Origin: Octopus bimaculoides
Lineage: Eukaryota
Assembly (NCBI RefSeq): GCF_001194135.2
Contig: NC_068993.1
Location: 36,190,929 to 36,249,589, forward strand
Length of the DNA stretch: 58,661 nucleotides
Direction: 5' to 3'
In this document: positions 1-12,160 of the stretch, piece by piece
Layout of the letters: each line of letters begins with the position of its first letter
Position numbering within the stretch: position 1 is the stretch's first letter
Notes under the pieces: generated by a model
The model's input: only the letters and a program-made list of their open reading frames with translations
Databases searched by the model: none
Told to the model about the DNA's origin: nothing
Position numbers and translations under genes: made by a program

Positions 1-64
<64 letters not shown>
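1..64. repeat. (TG)n microsatellite
   Basis: Pure TG dinucleotide run at the window start. Confidence 0.98.
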
Positions 65-68
<4 letters not shown>

Positions 69-69
69 T

Positions 70-530
70 TTGTTTTTTATTATTGCCCTGACATTATGTG
101 ATGGTTGTAAATGAGCATCACCAATATACAAGCAGTGTTATTCATTTCCAATGTAATTTTTCCATGGAAACATGTTTGACCCTGGGTAGTATTACCTTGC
201 TTGGAAACAGGTAAGGATTGGTGACAGGAAGGACATCCAGTTGTAAAAAAACTGCCTCAATAAATTTTCATCTGATGAACATAAAATGGTGATGATGATC
301 TAATCAACAGATTTATAAATTAAACCCCAAATACCCAGAAATGTGAACAAAACCTATTTATTACTTGCTTGTTTTTACCACTAATGTGCCACATTAAAAG
401 CACACAGTACACTCTAAAAAGTGGCTGGCATTAGGAAGGGCATCCAGTCATAGAAATCATGGCCAGCTCCCATCAAACCATCCAACCTAGGCCATCATAG
501 AAAACAGATGTTCAATGATGAGGATGTAGG
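70..530 (+). mobile_element. Two degraded fragments of an (ATG)n-tailed SINE-like repeat (family C here)
   Basis: Carry the ggaagggcatccag motif and gatgatg tails; reverse complements of the ggatgcccttcct copies elsewhere in the window. Confidence 0.6.
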
Positions 531-777
531 AAAGGTGTCTGTTTTACATTCTGTCGAGTTAAGTGCAGTGAGCAGAGTTATGCATCTTAGTTACATGTGA
601 AACCCAAAGGTAGCAGTAAGGTCTGCACTTATGACTTTGTGGTCACTAAACCCAGCACTTTAACCTTGCAGCCATTGCATTAACCTAATTAGAAACTGTA
701 CCTCATAAATACACATGCTCACATACCATAGACATAGGTACTATATGATTTGAACAGCTTCCATCACTAGCAATAGC

Positions 778-779
<2 letters not shown>

Positions 780-827
<48 letters not shown>

Positions 828-894
828 ATAAATGTACGTGTGCATACATGTATACATGCATGTGAGTGTGAGTATATATGCATGTATACATGCA

Positions 895-935
<41 letters not shown>
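780..935. repeat. Compound (TA)n/(TG)n microsatellite
   Basis: Visible directly; source of ORFs 703..960 and 822..1064. Confidence 0.95.
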
Positions 936-937
<2 letters not shown>

Positions 938-1288
938 CTACCAACACCATGACCTCCCAATATGGTTCACAATAAGCAACTCCAGAGACATTAATTATTC
1001 ATATACACCATCACACCAATTCATTATTTTCCTTCTCTCATTAATAATGTTTCCAATTGATTGATAATGCTTCACACGCAATGACACAGCCATACCAAAC
1101 AGAAGAATCTGAATCAGTGTTCCAATAGCAGTGATGACATTAGTTCTTGGTTATCACTTGCTAGTGAAGACTGAGTCAGTTATCGCACTCTGACAGATGG
1201 TCAGAAAGTTAAGGATCACAGCAACAGCAGCAGCTACAACTGAAGTCTTTCTCTTGAGCTCACCACAATTTCAACTTTCAATGCTATT

Positions 1289-1306
1289 TTTCTCTCTCTC
1301 TCTGTC

Positions 1307-1337
<31 letters not shown>

Positions 1338-1350
1338 CTCAGTCTATCTA
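1289..1350. repeat. (CT)n/(CTAT)n microsatellite
   Basis: Visible directly. Confidence 0.9.
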
Positions 1351-1699
1351 TCTCCACAGCTGTTGTTATTTCCATCAATACTGAAAATACTCCAAACTGG
1401 AATAACATGTACCAGATGGCAGCAAGCAAGCAAGCAAACTAGAATATTGAATGAGCATTGGTGAGATTAATAATGTTCAGCAATTTTTGAAGCCAGTAAG
1501 GACAGAAAGTAAGACGAAGTGAAAGACAGTATGGTAGCAGTGGTGGTGGTGGCAACAAACTAGAGCCACACCTATGATAAACATCAATAAAATAAAGTTA
1601 TTAGTTTGATAAATAAACAACAATAATATGACCTATATCTTTCACAGACATTAACATAGCAGTAGTGAGTGGTAGAGTTGCTGACAGTGTAAAGGTACA

Positions 1700-2030
1700 A
1701 ACAAGCCTATAATAAAACTGTTATACAAACAAGCCTATAATACAAACAAAGCCTATAATAAAACTGGTACAAAAATAAACATAATAAAGTTGGTATAAAC
1801 ATAGACATTATGATAAAGCTGGTATAAACAACATAAACACTATAATAAAGCTGGTATAAAAATAAACATTATAATAAATCTGGTATAAACATAAACATTA
1901 TAATAAAGCTGGTATAAACAACATAAATACTATAATGAAGCTAACATAAACACTGTAATAAAGCTGATATAAACAAACATAAATGCTATAATAAGGTTGG
2001 AATAAACATAAGTACTACAAAAAACTGGTA
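1700..2030. repeat. Degenerate minisatellite, unit about 28-33 bp (attataataaagctggtataaacaacataaac-like)
   Basis: About ten imperfect tandem units of tataataaa(g/t)ctggtataaac; one or two further units at about 2510-2550. Confidence 0.85.
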
Positions 2031-2974
2031 CAGAAAGGATCTCTTATCTGGCTTCCAGAAATTTGCAGATACTATGTAAACATCATGCAATATACTGTAT
2101 CCTATATTGAGAAAGTAAACCCTGGTTTTGAAGTTGGATAATTTGCATATGGTGTATCAAAAATAGTGTTGCTCTTTACTTTTTAAGTGGATTGATAAAA
2201 ACTAAACATATTTTCCTTAGAATTGTATTAATTTGTACCTATGTTCTTTTCTTTTCCTCATTTAATTTTCATCATATAAACACTATACTGTATACACGGT
2301 TCAGCATGATATATTTTAAGAATTTTAAGTGGATTAATATATATCAAACAGATCCTGCTTTATAAACGTATTAATTTGAATCTTAAATACAATTCAGTTC
2401 TTTACTTTCCGTAGTTTGTTTCATATTTCAGGAATATATTTAGACTCTCTCTCTCTCTCTTCTGGCCCCAAGCTTGTCAGATAGCTGGTCCACTACTGCA
2501 TAAACATATAAGTACTACAATAAAGATGGTATAAGCATAAAACTGTACTAATAGTTGTTTTTTGTTTAGCTCAAGCTCACAAAACTCCATGGAGCCAAGG
2601 CTCAACAAACTCCAGTTTCTGTAGTGTTAAAAGGGAGGTGAAAACATATCACCCTCTCTTGTTTTATAGTTAACTCAAGGGAGAAAGGGACTAGCTATGG
2701 CCCTTTTATATGGCTTTAAGAATGGTAGAATGAAGGATGGAAGATATCCACAAACTGGTGGCCTAGCCTGAATGTTTGAAATAGTGGACTCTACTAAAGG
2801 AACCAAAGTACTAGGTCATAGTGTTAAAGCAAGCAATGAATTAAATCTACTACCCACGTAGGTCTTAGTGGGATTTGAACTCAGAATGTAAAGAGCTGGA
2901 AAAAATATCACCACAAGACATCTAACCTGACATTCTTACAGATCCACTCATCCACTTTCCTGGATTTACCTTTT

Positions 2975-3365
2975 GCTTTTTATTTGTTTCAATCATTGGA
3001 CTGAAGCCATGCTGGGGCACCACCTTGAAGGTTTTCAGTTGAAGAAATCGACCCCAGTACTTATTTTTAAGATCTGGTACTTATGCTATCAGTCTCATTC
3101 GCTGAACTGTTAAGTTATGTAGATGTAAACAAACCAGTACCAATTATCAAGCAATGAGGTAGGGGTACAAACACAGACACAAAGGTACACGCACACACAT
3201 ACACATAGGTGTATATGTATACATATATGAAGGACTTCTATACAGTTTCTGTCTCCCAAATTCACTCACAAAGCATTGGTCAATCCAGGGTTATAGGAGA
3301 CACCTGCCCAAGGTGCTGCACAGTGGGAGTGAACCCAAAACCACATGGTTGTAAAGCAATGGTTG
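2975..3365 (-). mobile_element. Old tRNA-derived CORE-type SINE (family A)
   Basis: Colinear with the intact copies at 4521-4913 and 50231-50599, with CpG decay. Confidence 0.8.
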
Positions 3366-3814
3366 CAGTGAGAACAAACAAAAGGACTATAATGTTTATA
3401 ATGCTGTCACTGATGGCAATGGCGATGATTATGATAATGACGATACTGCTACTGCTGATGATGATGATGACTTACTTAGAAAGCAGTGCCAACAGAAAAA
3501 GCTAATAATTTTGAGTGTGTGTGTATGTGTGCAACAAATTCTACAGTAGACACCAGTTCTGTTAACATAACTTGCGGATTTCAATAAAACTGCACCACTG
3601 CGACATTAATGCAATATCACATCACATATTGAAAGAGAAAATCAAACAAGAAAAACAATTAAAAAAAACCTGAGAGCATAAAAGAAATAAAACAACCTCC
3701 ACCCCCACCATCACCACCAAAAAACTAAATAACTTCAAACATATCTCAATAAAACAAAAGGTTTTATAGAATTGGAAGAGCACCAGATAAGCTACCTTAC
3801 AGGATTTCTTTTGG

Positions 3815-4160
3815 CTCATTACATTCTGAGTTCAAATCTCACCCCTGCCCCCAAAGTCAACTTCGCCTTTTCAACCCTCTGGGGTCAATAAAATAAATAC
3901 CAGTCAAATGAGGGAATCAATGTAATCAACTAAACCCCCACTACCTTAAAATTTGCTTCAACTAGATTCATGATTGTGGATCAGTAGCATCACCTTGTAT
4001 TATTGCTTCCAGTTCTTTACATTCTTAGATCAAATCCTACTGAAGTCAAAGTTTGTTTAACATCCTCTTGAGGTCAATAAAATAAAGTACCATTCAAGTA
4101 CTAGAGTTGAATTTAATTGACTGTTCCCCTACACACCAGGTATGTGAGCTTGTGTTTATA
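3815..4160 (+). mobile_element. Two adjacent partial copies of SINE family B (ttctgagttcaaat...aaataagtaccag)
   Basis: Match the young copy at 27552-27787 in the opposite orientation. Confidence 0.7.
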
Positions 4161-4520
4161 ATCTTTTACTTCTCAGTTATTGAACTGCGGCCATGCTGGG
4201 GCACTGCCTTGTGAGGTTTGTTGAACAGAACAACTCCAATATTTATTTTAAGTCTGGTACTTAGTCTGTTAGTCTCATTGAACTGCTAAGTAATGGGGAC
4301 ATAAACAAACCAACACTGATTGTCAAGCAGTTGGGGAAGGATGGCACACACATGCACATATATATGTATATGTATATATATATCCTCATCAACATCAAAA
4401 ATTTAATGTTCACTTTTTGATGCTTGCAAAAGTCAGAGAGAATTCATTGAGACAGATGCCCTTCCTGTCACCAACCCCTAATCTACTTCAAAGAAAGATA
4501 ATATTTCTCCATGGCCAGAT

Positions 4521-4913
4521 ACTCTTTTTACTCTTTTACTTGTTTCAGTCATTTGACTGCAGCCATGCTGGGGCACCGCCTTTAGTCGAGCAAATCAATC
4601 CCAGGACTTATTCTTTGTAAGCCTAGTACTTATTCTATCGGTCTCTTCTATCGGTAACCGCTAAGTTACAGGGACGTAAACACACCAGACTCGGTTGTCA
4701 AGCGATGTTGTGGGGACAAACACACACATATACATACATATATACGACGGGCTTCTTTCAGTTTCCGTCTAACAAATCCACTCACAAGGCTTTGGTCAGC
4801 CCGAGGCTATAGTAGAAGACACTTGCCCAAGGTGTCGTGTCACGCAGTGGGACTGAACCTGGAACAATGTGGTTGGTAAGCATGCTACTCACCACACAGC
4901 CACTCCTGCGCCT
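4521..4913 (-). mobile_element. Near full-length young tRNA-derived CORE-type SINE (family A; resembles octopus OR-type SINEs), inserted into a family C copy
   Basis: Minus strand reads AGGCGCAGGAGTGGCTGTGTGGTGAG...GGTTCAGTCCC (A/B-box-like head), then CORE-like CCTTGGGCAAGTGTCTT and an (AGTAAAAG)n tail. CpGs are retained. Confidence 0.9.
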
Positions 4914-5629
4914 ATGTTTTTTTGCAAAAGACACAAAACAGAAAACCTTGCTTGTATGACAATGAAGCTCATTTGCAACTATTACATGTCTGGACAAGGG
5001 TTTACACACACACACATACATACACACAACAGGCTTCTTTCAGTTTTTGTCAGCTAGATCCTGTTACAAGACTTTGCTTGAAGACACTTTAGTTGAAGAC
5101 ACTTTCCCAAGGTGTCGTATAGTGGGGCCTAAGCTCAAGGCCATATTAGGAAACAAGTTTTGATACACACAGCCATGTTAGAAATGATTATTACATAAAA
5201 ATATAATCAAAAGACTTCCAACTAAAGAGAGAAAGAAAGCCTGAAAAGTATAAAACTTAGTTTATTTTATTAACTTCTTTGTTTTTTAATTATTATTTTT
5301 TTTTAACCTGTCCAGTCTGATGTAGGTAAGACAAGACTGTTTAATACATTGATAAATAATCAGCTGAAAAGATATCAATGTTTGCCTGGTGGTATTGATT
5401 TATGATAAGGCACCATGCAGGGAGGAAAAAAACGGAAAGAAGGCAGCTGTGTCTGAAGCAGGACAGTCTTCAACAAACATCTGTAGAAGGAACCAACCAG
5501 AGACACTTTCTATGTAGTTACATGGCTTGCTAAAAACAGCAGTCAAATAGTACTCAAATCACACCATTACCATCTTTAAAAAAAGAGAGAGACATGTTCA
5601 ATAGAGTACTACTAGATATACACCAAATA

Positions 5630-5860
5630 TTCATCATCCTTGTTGTTTTAATGTCCACTTTTCTATGCTGGCTTGGGTCAGATGGAATTATTTGAGGCAG
5701 GCCAGATGCCCTTCCCGATGCCAACCCTCATCTATTTCTAATTGAGACAATGTTTCCCAATGGCTGGACAGGTTTTTACAGCAGTTTGGAAATGAAAGAT
5801 CCTGCTTGAATGATGGTAACATTTTTTACATAATGTCAAGCCAAGGAGATGCAAATACCT
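5630..5860 (-). mobile_element. Family C repeat
   Basis: catcatc...ccagatgcccttcc...ccaaccctca pattern. Confidence 0.7.
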
Positions 5861-5869
5861 ACCCTAAAA

Positions 5870-6203
5870 CATATTTTATCTTTTATCTATTTCAGTCACT
5901 GAACTGTGGCCATACTGGGGCTCTACCTTAAAGGGCTTAGTTGAACAAATCAACCCCAGTACTTTTTTTTTCTCAGGCTGGCACTTATTCTATCAGTCTA
6001 TTTTTTGCCAAACCACTAAGTTACTGGGATGTAAACAAACCAACACTGGTTGTAAAGCAGTGGTGGGGAACAACACAAAGACAAATATACACATACACAC
6101 AGATACATACATAATGAATATGACAGGCTTCTCTTAGTTTCCATCAACCAAATCCACTCACAAAGCTTTGGTCAGCCCAGTGTCTTGCACTATATTTATG
6201 AAG

Positions 6204-6262
<59 letters not shown>

Positions 6263-6375
6263 GCCACATGAAATGAGCTCAAATTATTTAGATCTATAGT
6301 ACAAGACACTGTCCAATGTGCCATGCAGTAGGACTGAATCTGGAACCATGTGGCAAACTTCTTACCTCACAGTTG
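5870..6375 (-). mobile_element. Family A SINE interrupted by an insertion at about 6178-6294
   Basis: Colinear with 4521-4913 on both sides of the insert. Confidence 0.8.
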
Positions 6376-6409
6376 TGTCTGTCTCATTCATTCATTCATG
6401 CATACATGC

Positions 6410-6482
6410 ATGCATGCATACATACATACATACATACATACATACATACATACATACATACATACATACATGCATACATACA
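6410..6482. repeat. (CATA)n/(CATG)n tetranucleotide microsatellite
   Basis: Visible directly. Confidence 0.95.
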
Positions 6483-6585
6483 ACAGGTTTCTTTCAGTTT
6501 TCATCTACTAATTCAACTCACATGGCTTTGATCTGTTGGGGGTTATAGTAGAAGACATTTATCCAAGGTGCTATATACTAGACAC

Positions 6586-6749
6586 AGTGTGAGACGACTG
6601 TTGTTATCGTTAGGCCTAACTCATCGTAAGGTAAATACCACCATGACCGATATCCAAAATACAGTGGAGAAGGCTAGCCACTGGATTTGGTTAAAAAGAG
6701 ACGATGAGCAATGGCTAGAGAAATATTGAGCTTTGTTTTTAATAACCAG
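6586..6749 (+). mobile_element. 3' end of a HERO-type (restriction-like endonuclease) non-LTR retrotransposon ORF
   Basis: Frame 6595-6729 reads RLLLSLGLTHRKVNTTMTDIQNTVEKASHWIWLKRDDEQWLEKY*, resembling the E-x-[AS]-S-x-W-[IL]-W-L-[KR]-R C-terminus of HERO elements. CpGs are retained. Confidence 0.65.
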
Positions 6750-7441
6750 NNNNNNNNNNNNNNNNNNNNNNNNNNNNNNNNNNNNNNNNNNNNNNNNNNN
6801 NNNNNNNNNNNNNNNNNNNNNNNNNNNNNNNNNNNNNNNNNNNNNNNNNNNNNNNNNNNNNNNNNNNNNNNNNNNNNNNNNNNNNNNNNNNNNNNNNNNN
6901 NNNNNNNNNNNNNNNNNNNNNNNNNNNNNNNNNNNNNNNNNNNNNNNNNNNNNNNNNNNNNNNNNNNNNNNNNNNNNNNNNNNNNNNNNNNNNNNNNNNN
7001 NNNNNNNNNNNNNNNNNNNNNNNNNNNNNNNNNNNNNNNNNNNNNNNNNNNNNNNNNNNNNNNNNNNNNNNNNNNNNNNNNNNNNNNNNNNNNNNNNNNN
7101 NNNNNNNNNNNNNNNNNNNNNNNNNNNNNNNNNNNNNNNNNNNNNNNNNNNNNNNNNNNNNNNNNNNNNNNNNNNNNNNNNNNNNNNNNNNNNNNNNNNN
7201 NNNNNNNNNNNNNNNNNNNNNNNNNNNNNNNNNNNNNNNNNNNNNNNNNNNNNNNNNNNNNNNNNNNNNNNNNNNNNNNNNNNNNNNNNNNNNNNNNNNN
7301 NNNNNNNNNNNNNNNNNNNNNNNNNNNNNNNNNNNNNNNNNNNNNNNNNNNNNNNNNNNNNNNNNNNNNNNNNNNNNNNNNNNNNNNNNNNNNNNNNNNN
7401 NNNNNNNNNNNNNNNNNNNNNNNNNNNNNNNNNNNNNNNNN
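6750..7441. other. Assembly gap (N)
   Basis: N run; (GT)n on the right flank. Confidence 1.
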
Positions 7442-7501
<60 letters not shown>

Positions 7502-8918
7502 CTTCATAAATATTCCAGCAAACATTGCATTTCTTAACAGCCCTTAGAATAAAATTTAAAACTAAGCCATAAAATTCCATCACAGCCACAATCAACATTA
7601 TCATCTACACCACCACCATCATCATCCTCATAACAACCTCATAATCACTGGTTTCACATCCATATTGCTCTATAGTGGCACAGTTTGTCCTCATCTGAAA
7701 CCCAGCAGTTTCCCCCACATACCTCAACCACACAGCCATTCTTACATATCTTCATCATCATTCAAATTCTGTTTTCCTCGCTGGCATAGGTTAGATGGTT
7801 TGACTGGAACCAGTAAGCAGGAAAGCTGTACCAGGCCCCAATCTGGTTTGGCTTGCTTTCTACAACTGGATGCCCTTCCAAATGCCAACCACTCCAAGAG
7901 TGTAGTATATAACGGTATTAACAGATGTTAGCTATACTGCAAGTTGTCTATATATTTGGATCCAAAACTTTAAATCTACCTAGAATTTGATTCTTAATAT
8001 AAACCACACAGCTCTAAAGTAAACAAAGGGTATTATTTTCAATTAGATTTCACAAAAATCCTAAATATCACAACACAATAGCTTTTAGAATGGTTTCAAT
8101 TCATAACCTCTTGGTCAATGACACGAAACTAATTAACAATACAGCTTAAGTCAATGTTGAGGAAGAAAAAGTTTATTGCATATCAAAAGCAGAAGACTAA
8201 TGCATCTGAAGAAACTGCGCACAACTGGAACAATTCCAGACCAAAGATGAAAAGTTAATTTTCTAAATTCAGTTTCCAATATGGCAGATATATATAATCA
8301 TTTATATTCGAGGGTAGAGGTGATTCCCACAAGGAATATATTATTGCTGTTGTACAGTTGTTATTTAATACCTTTCTCTTGCACAATCTAAAACACAGCC
8401 AAATATGCAGAATTTAAGAAGTCTTTGGAAACATAAATATATTTTAGTAAGATTAAATCTAATCTCAGATAAACTCTATGGAATATGACTGTATCAGCTG
8501 GAGGTAGAGTTCATTCATGTTTTATAGCAAGATGTGTAGGTTATCACATAGAAGCACTGAAGGATGAATAAAACCATAAAAAATTACATAACTTCAAAGC
8601 TAGACTGCCATAGGATGCTGCTCTTGTTAAGCTACTCTTATACAAACTTGAATGCCAAAAACATTTTTCTCTACAACTATAACCACCATTATCATTATTT
8701 TTTTTTTACACCTGCATTTTTCATGTTGGCATGGATTAGATGGAGGTTTTTTGAAGCAATATTGTCACCAACCCTAGCTTATTTATCAAACAAATGATTT
8801 ATTTATTCCAGTGGTCTTCAAAATTCAAAACTGCTGAGCTACAGGAGACGTATAAATGACATCTGTGTTTTTATTCAAATGAGAAGACAAACAGAAAGTA
8901 AATATTCATACACACACG

Positions 8919-8957
<39 letters not shown>

Positions 8958-9619
8958 ACATACATACACACACACGCACATTTATGTAATTCTTCACTAA
9001 ACTTTTCATTATTTGCAAAATTAACCAAAGCAAAGACAGTGTATTTCAACAGAAATAAGGCAACAAAATGATTAAGTTGGTAGTTCATGGCTGGCCAAAT
9101 ACATAAAGTATTGGACTAAATTTTTCACACTATTATATCAGGATGGTAAGTTGGCAAAATAGATTGAGCTTTGAACAAAATGCTTTGCAGTGTTTAGTTA
9201 TGGCTTTTATGTTCTAAGTTCAAATGTTGTCAAATTCACCTCTCCAGAGTCAATAAAATAAAGTACCAATATACTGGTGGAGTGGGGTGGGGGTATAATT
9301 AACTTGACCTTCCCTCATAAATTTCAGGCCTTGTGTCTCTGTTGGGAATAATTTTTTAGCTGTTATTCGAAATGAAATTAAAATTATAAAAGTTTTAATT
9401 TGAATACAAGCACTTTAAAATTATTTGTTTTATATTATGAAACCAGAGGTTGTGGTCTTAGTTGGATTGTCACTCAATGGCCAAGTCACCTCACATCTTA
9501 AATAGATACTATGTGAAGATACAGCTCACTATTATGCAGAAGAGAGAGACAGCAAATTAACAAGTATTTTGTTATCTTGCAATGCTACTGTAATTTCATT
9601 TACATCCAAACATATTATA

Positions 9620-9900
9620 GGAATCATCATCATTTAACATCTGTTTTCCATGCTGGCATGGGTTGGATGGTTTGACTTGGAGCTGGCCAGCAAGGGAGCT
9701 GGCCAGCCGGGGAGCTGGTCAGGTTCCAATTGTCTGTTATGGCATGGTTTCTACAACTAGATGCCCTTCCTAATACCAACCACTTTAAAGAGTATGCTGG
9801 GTGCTTCAAACTTGCCACTAACATGGGTGCATTTATGCAGCACTAGCATAAGTGCATTTTGTGTGGCACCAGCACCTGTAAAGAACAAGCTTGCATATAT
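9620..9900 (-). mobile_element. Family C repeat
   Basis: catcatcatttaacatc...ccatgctggcatgggttgg...gatgcccttcctaataccaaccact. Confidence 0.8.
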
Positions 9901-10574
9901 GGATGACAGCAACTCTCCCCACTCACACACAGGAAGGACGAAAGACAAAGTAGTTATTTGAACTTTTTAGCTCAATGACATAATGTGCTGCCTGTTCCAA
10001 GAATTGAACCCATGATAGTAAGATTGTGAACCTAACACCTTACCCACTATGCTATGTGCCTTCATTCTCCAAACAATAATGAAAGATAATAATAGTTATT
10101 GTTGTTAAACCCAGGTCAACCATGATCAAATACATTCCAGCTTTGACCATCCTATAGGTTTTATTCAAATTGCAACTAGAACTGCATTATGTGCAGTGAT
10201 GTTGGAGAGGTTCGGTGGTTCAGATATAATATTGGTATAAAGGTCTGGTGTTGATAGAGCCATAACTATAAGTTGTAGTAAGAGGAGAAAAGTAAGAGAA
10301 GCAGTTCAAGTTTGAGGTGTGAGGAAGGGGTGGGACCAACAGAATGCTCTCATGACTTGATGTAGTAGCGATGGAAGTTATCAACGGAGGCAGGAAGTGC
10401 AGATGGTAACTGTGATAGTGTTAAGCAGTCCAGGAGTGGTCCATTGACTGTAATGATGATTGTTGTTATTATTGCTGTTGTTGTTGTTGTTCTTAGTGCT
10501 TGTTGACCTTTACATATTTCAACTCTGACATAACCTAATTTACTCTAAGATTTCTTTTTTCTGACAGTATTTTT

Positions 10575-10915
10575 TTATCTTTTACTTGTTTCAGTCATCA
10601 GACTTTTTTTTTAAAGCCTGGTACTTATTCTATCAGTCTCTTTTGTTGCACCTCTAAGTTATGGGGGGAGGTTGTAAGCGCACCAATACCGGTTGTCAAG
10701 CAGTGATAGGGGACAAACACAGACACACACATAAATATATATATATATATAAGACAGGTTTCTTTCAGTTTCCATTTACCAAATCTACTTACAAGGCTTT
10801 TGTTGGCCTGAGATTACAGTAGAAGACACTTGCCCAAGGTACCATATAGTGAGACTGAACCTGGAACCATGTGATTAGGAAGCAAGCTTCTTACCACACA
10901 GCCACATCTGCACTT
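10575..10915 (-). mobile_element. Family A SINE
   Basis: Colinear with 4521-4913. Confidence 0.85.
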
Positions 10916-11855
10916 ATCTATAGTATACTGAAGTGAGTGGATGGTACTGGGGAGGGGAATCAAAACAAGGGATCTGCCACACATGAAAGAGAATAAAAGA
11001 GATTATAGGTAAGAACAAATAGCTGTTGGGTGTTGAATGCATTTGGTTGTATAACATTGCATCTAATTAATAAATATGGCTTCTATAGCAACACTTATAT
11101 TGCAATCTAGCTAAAAAGGAAACTGCAGGAGTTTCACAGGGTGAGGGTGTGGTAATATTCCAGTGGAGTGTAGGTTGAATAAGACTTACAATTGTTTTAA
11201 TAAAAAAAAAAAACTTCTTTTGAATGTGCATATGTATATATGTATGTATGTATAAGGTGAGTGTACAGGAATAAATTATCCAAGTGGTTACCATGATAGC
11301 TCTCAGGTATGTTCCAGGTTATGGCTAACTGCATCAAGTAGTAATAAGCACCACTGATCACTTCAACTCAGTTCACTGCAAACCACACTTGTTGAAGGAC
11401 CCTGAATGAAGATGCACAGATTATGCTGGGTAGCATGTGCAATTGTACATACTCCATGCAGCAGAAACACATGCCAGTCATTTTAACCGACTAATTATGC
11501 TGTATGACCAACAGTAAAATTAAAAGAAAAATTTGATGATGTACCAGTCTTTGTATTCTTTATATTTGTTTGAGATATATTTATATACATAGGATATTTT
11601 GGGTGAAAACCTCATAACATGTGTATTAGTGCTCTTATATTGTTATTTGGCAATCACATGATATCCTGTGGTGGAGTTTATTCCAGGGTTAGATACACAT
11701 GCAGAACAGCATTTAATTGTATAATAATAAAGAATGTTCTTCTATAATGATCTTTGAATATAAACTCAACAACTTAAAGCTGGTGTGCAGTGCAGAAACA
11801 AATGTTGGATTATATTATTAAAGCTTGTATACTCCATCCTCATATTACATTATCC

Positions 11856-11899
<44 letters not shown>

Positions 11900-12160
11900 N
11901 NNNNNNNNNNNNNNNNNNNNNNNNNNNNNNNNNNNNNNNNNNNNNNNNNNNNNNNNNNNNNNNNNNNNNNNNNNNNNNNNNNNNNNNNNNNNNNNNNNNN
12001 NNNNNNNNNNNNNNNNNNNNNNNNNNNNNNNNNNNNNNNNNNNNNNNNNNNNNNNNNNNNNNNNNNNNNNNNNNNNNNNNNNNNNNNNNNNNNNNNNNNN
12101 NNNNNNNNNNNNNNNNNNNNNNNNNNNNNNNNNNNNNNNNNNNNNNNNNNNNNNNNNNNN
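11900..12160. other. Assembly gap (N) inside a (TG)n tract
   Basis: N run. Confidence 1.

Noticed and set aside
4860-4913. tRNA-like sequences (also at 21980, 50560 and 57233)
   Set aside because: These are SINE heads with no acceptor stem or cloverleaf and are followed by SINE bodies.
6621-7604. All long ORFs spanning N gaps (also at about 11.8, 13.6, 19.8, 32.2, 35.8, 48.9, 52.4 and 53.9 kb)
   Set aside because: Their length comes from X read-through and HT/CV/YI dinucleotide repeats; they are not genes.
10150-10460. Possible L2/CR1 3' relic on the minus strand
   Set aside because: Composition is suggestive, but no motif is recoverable without several frameshifts.
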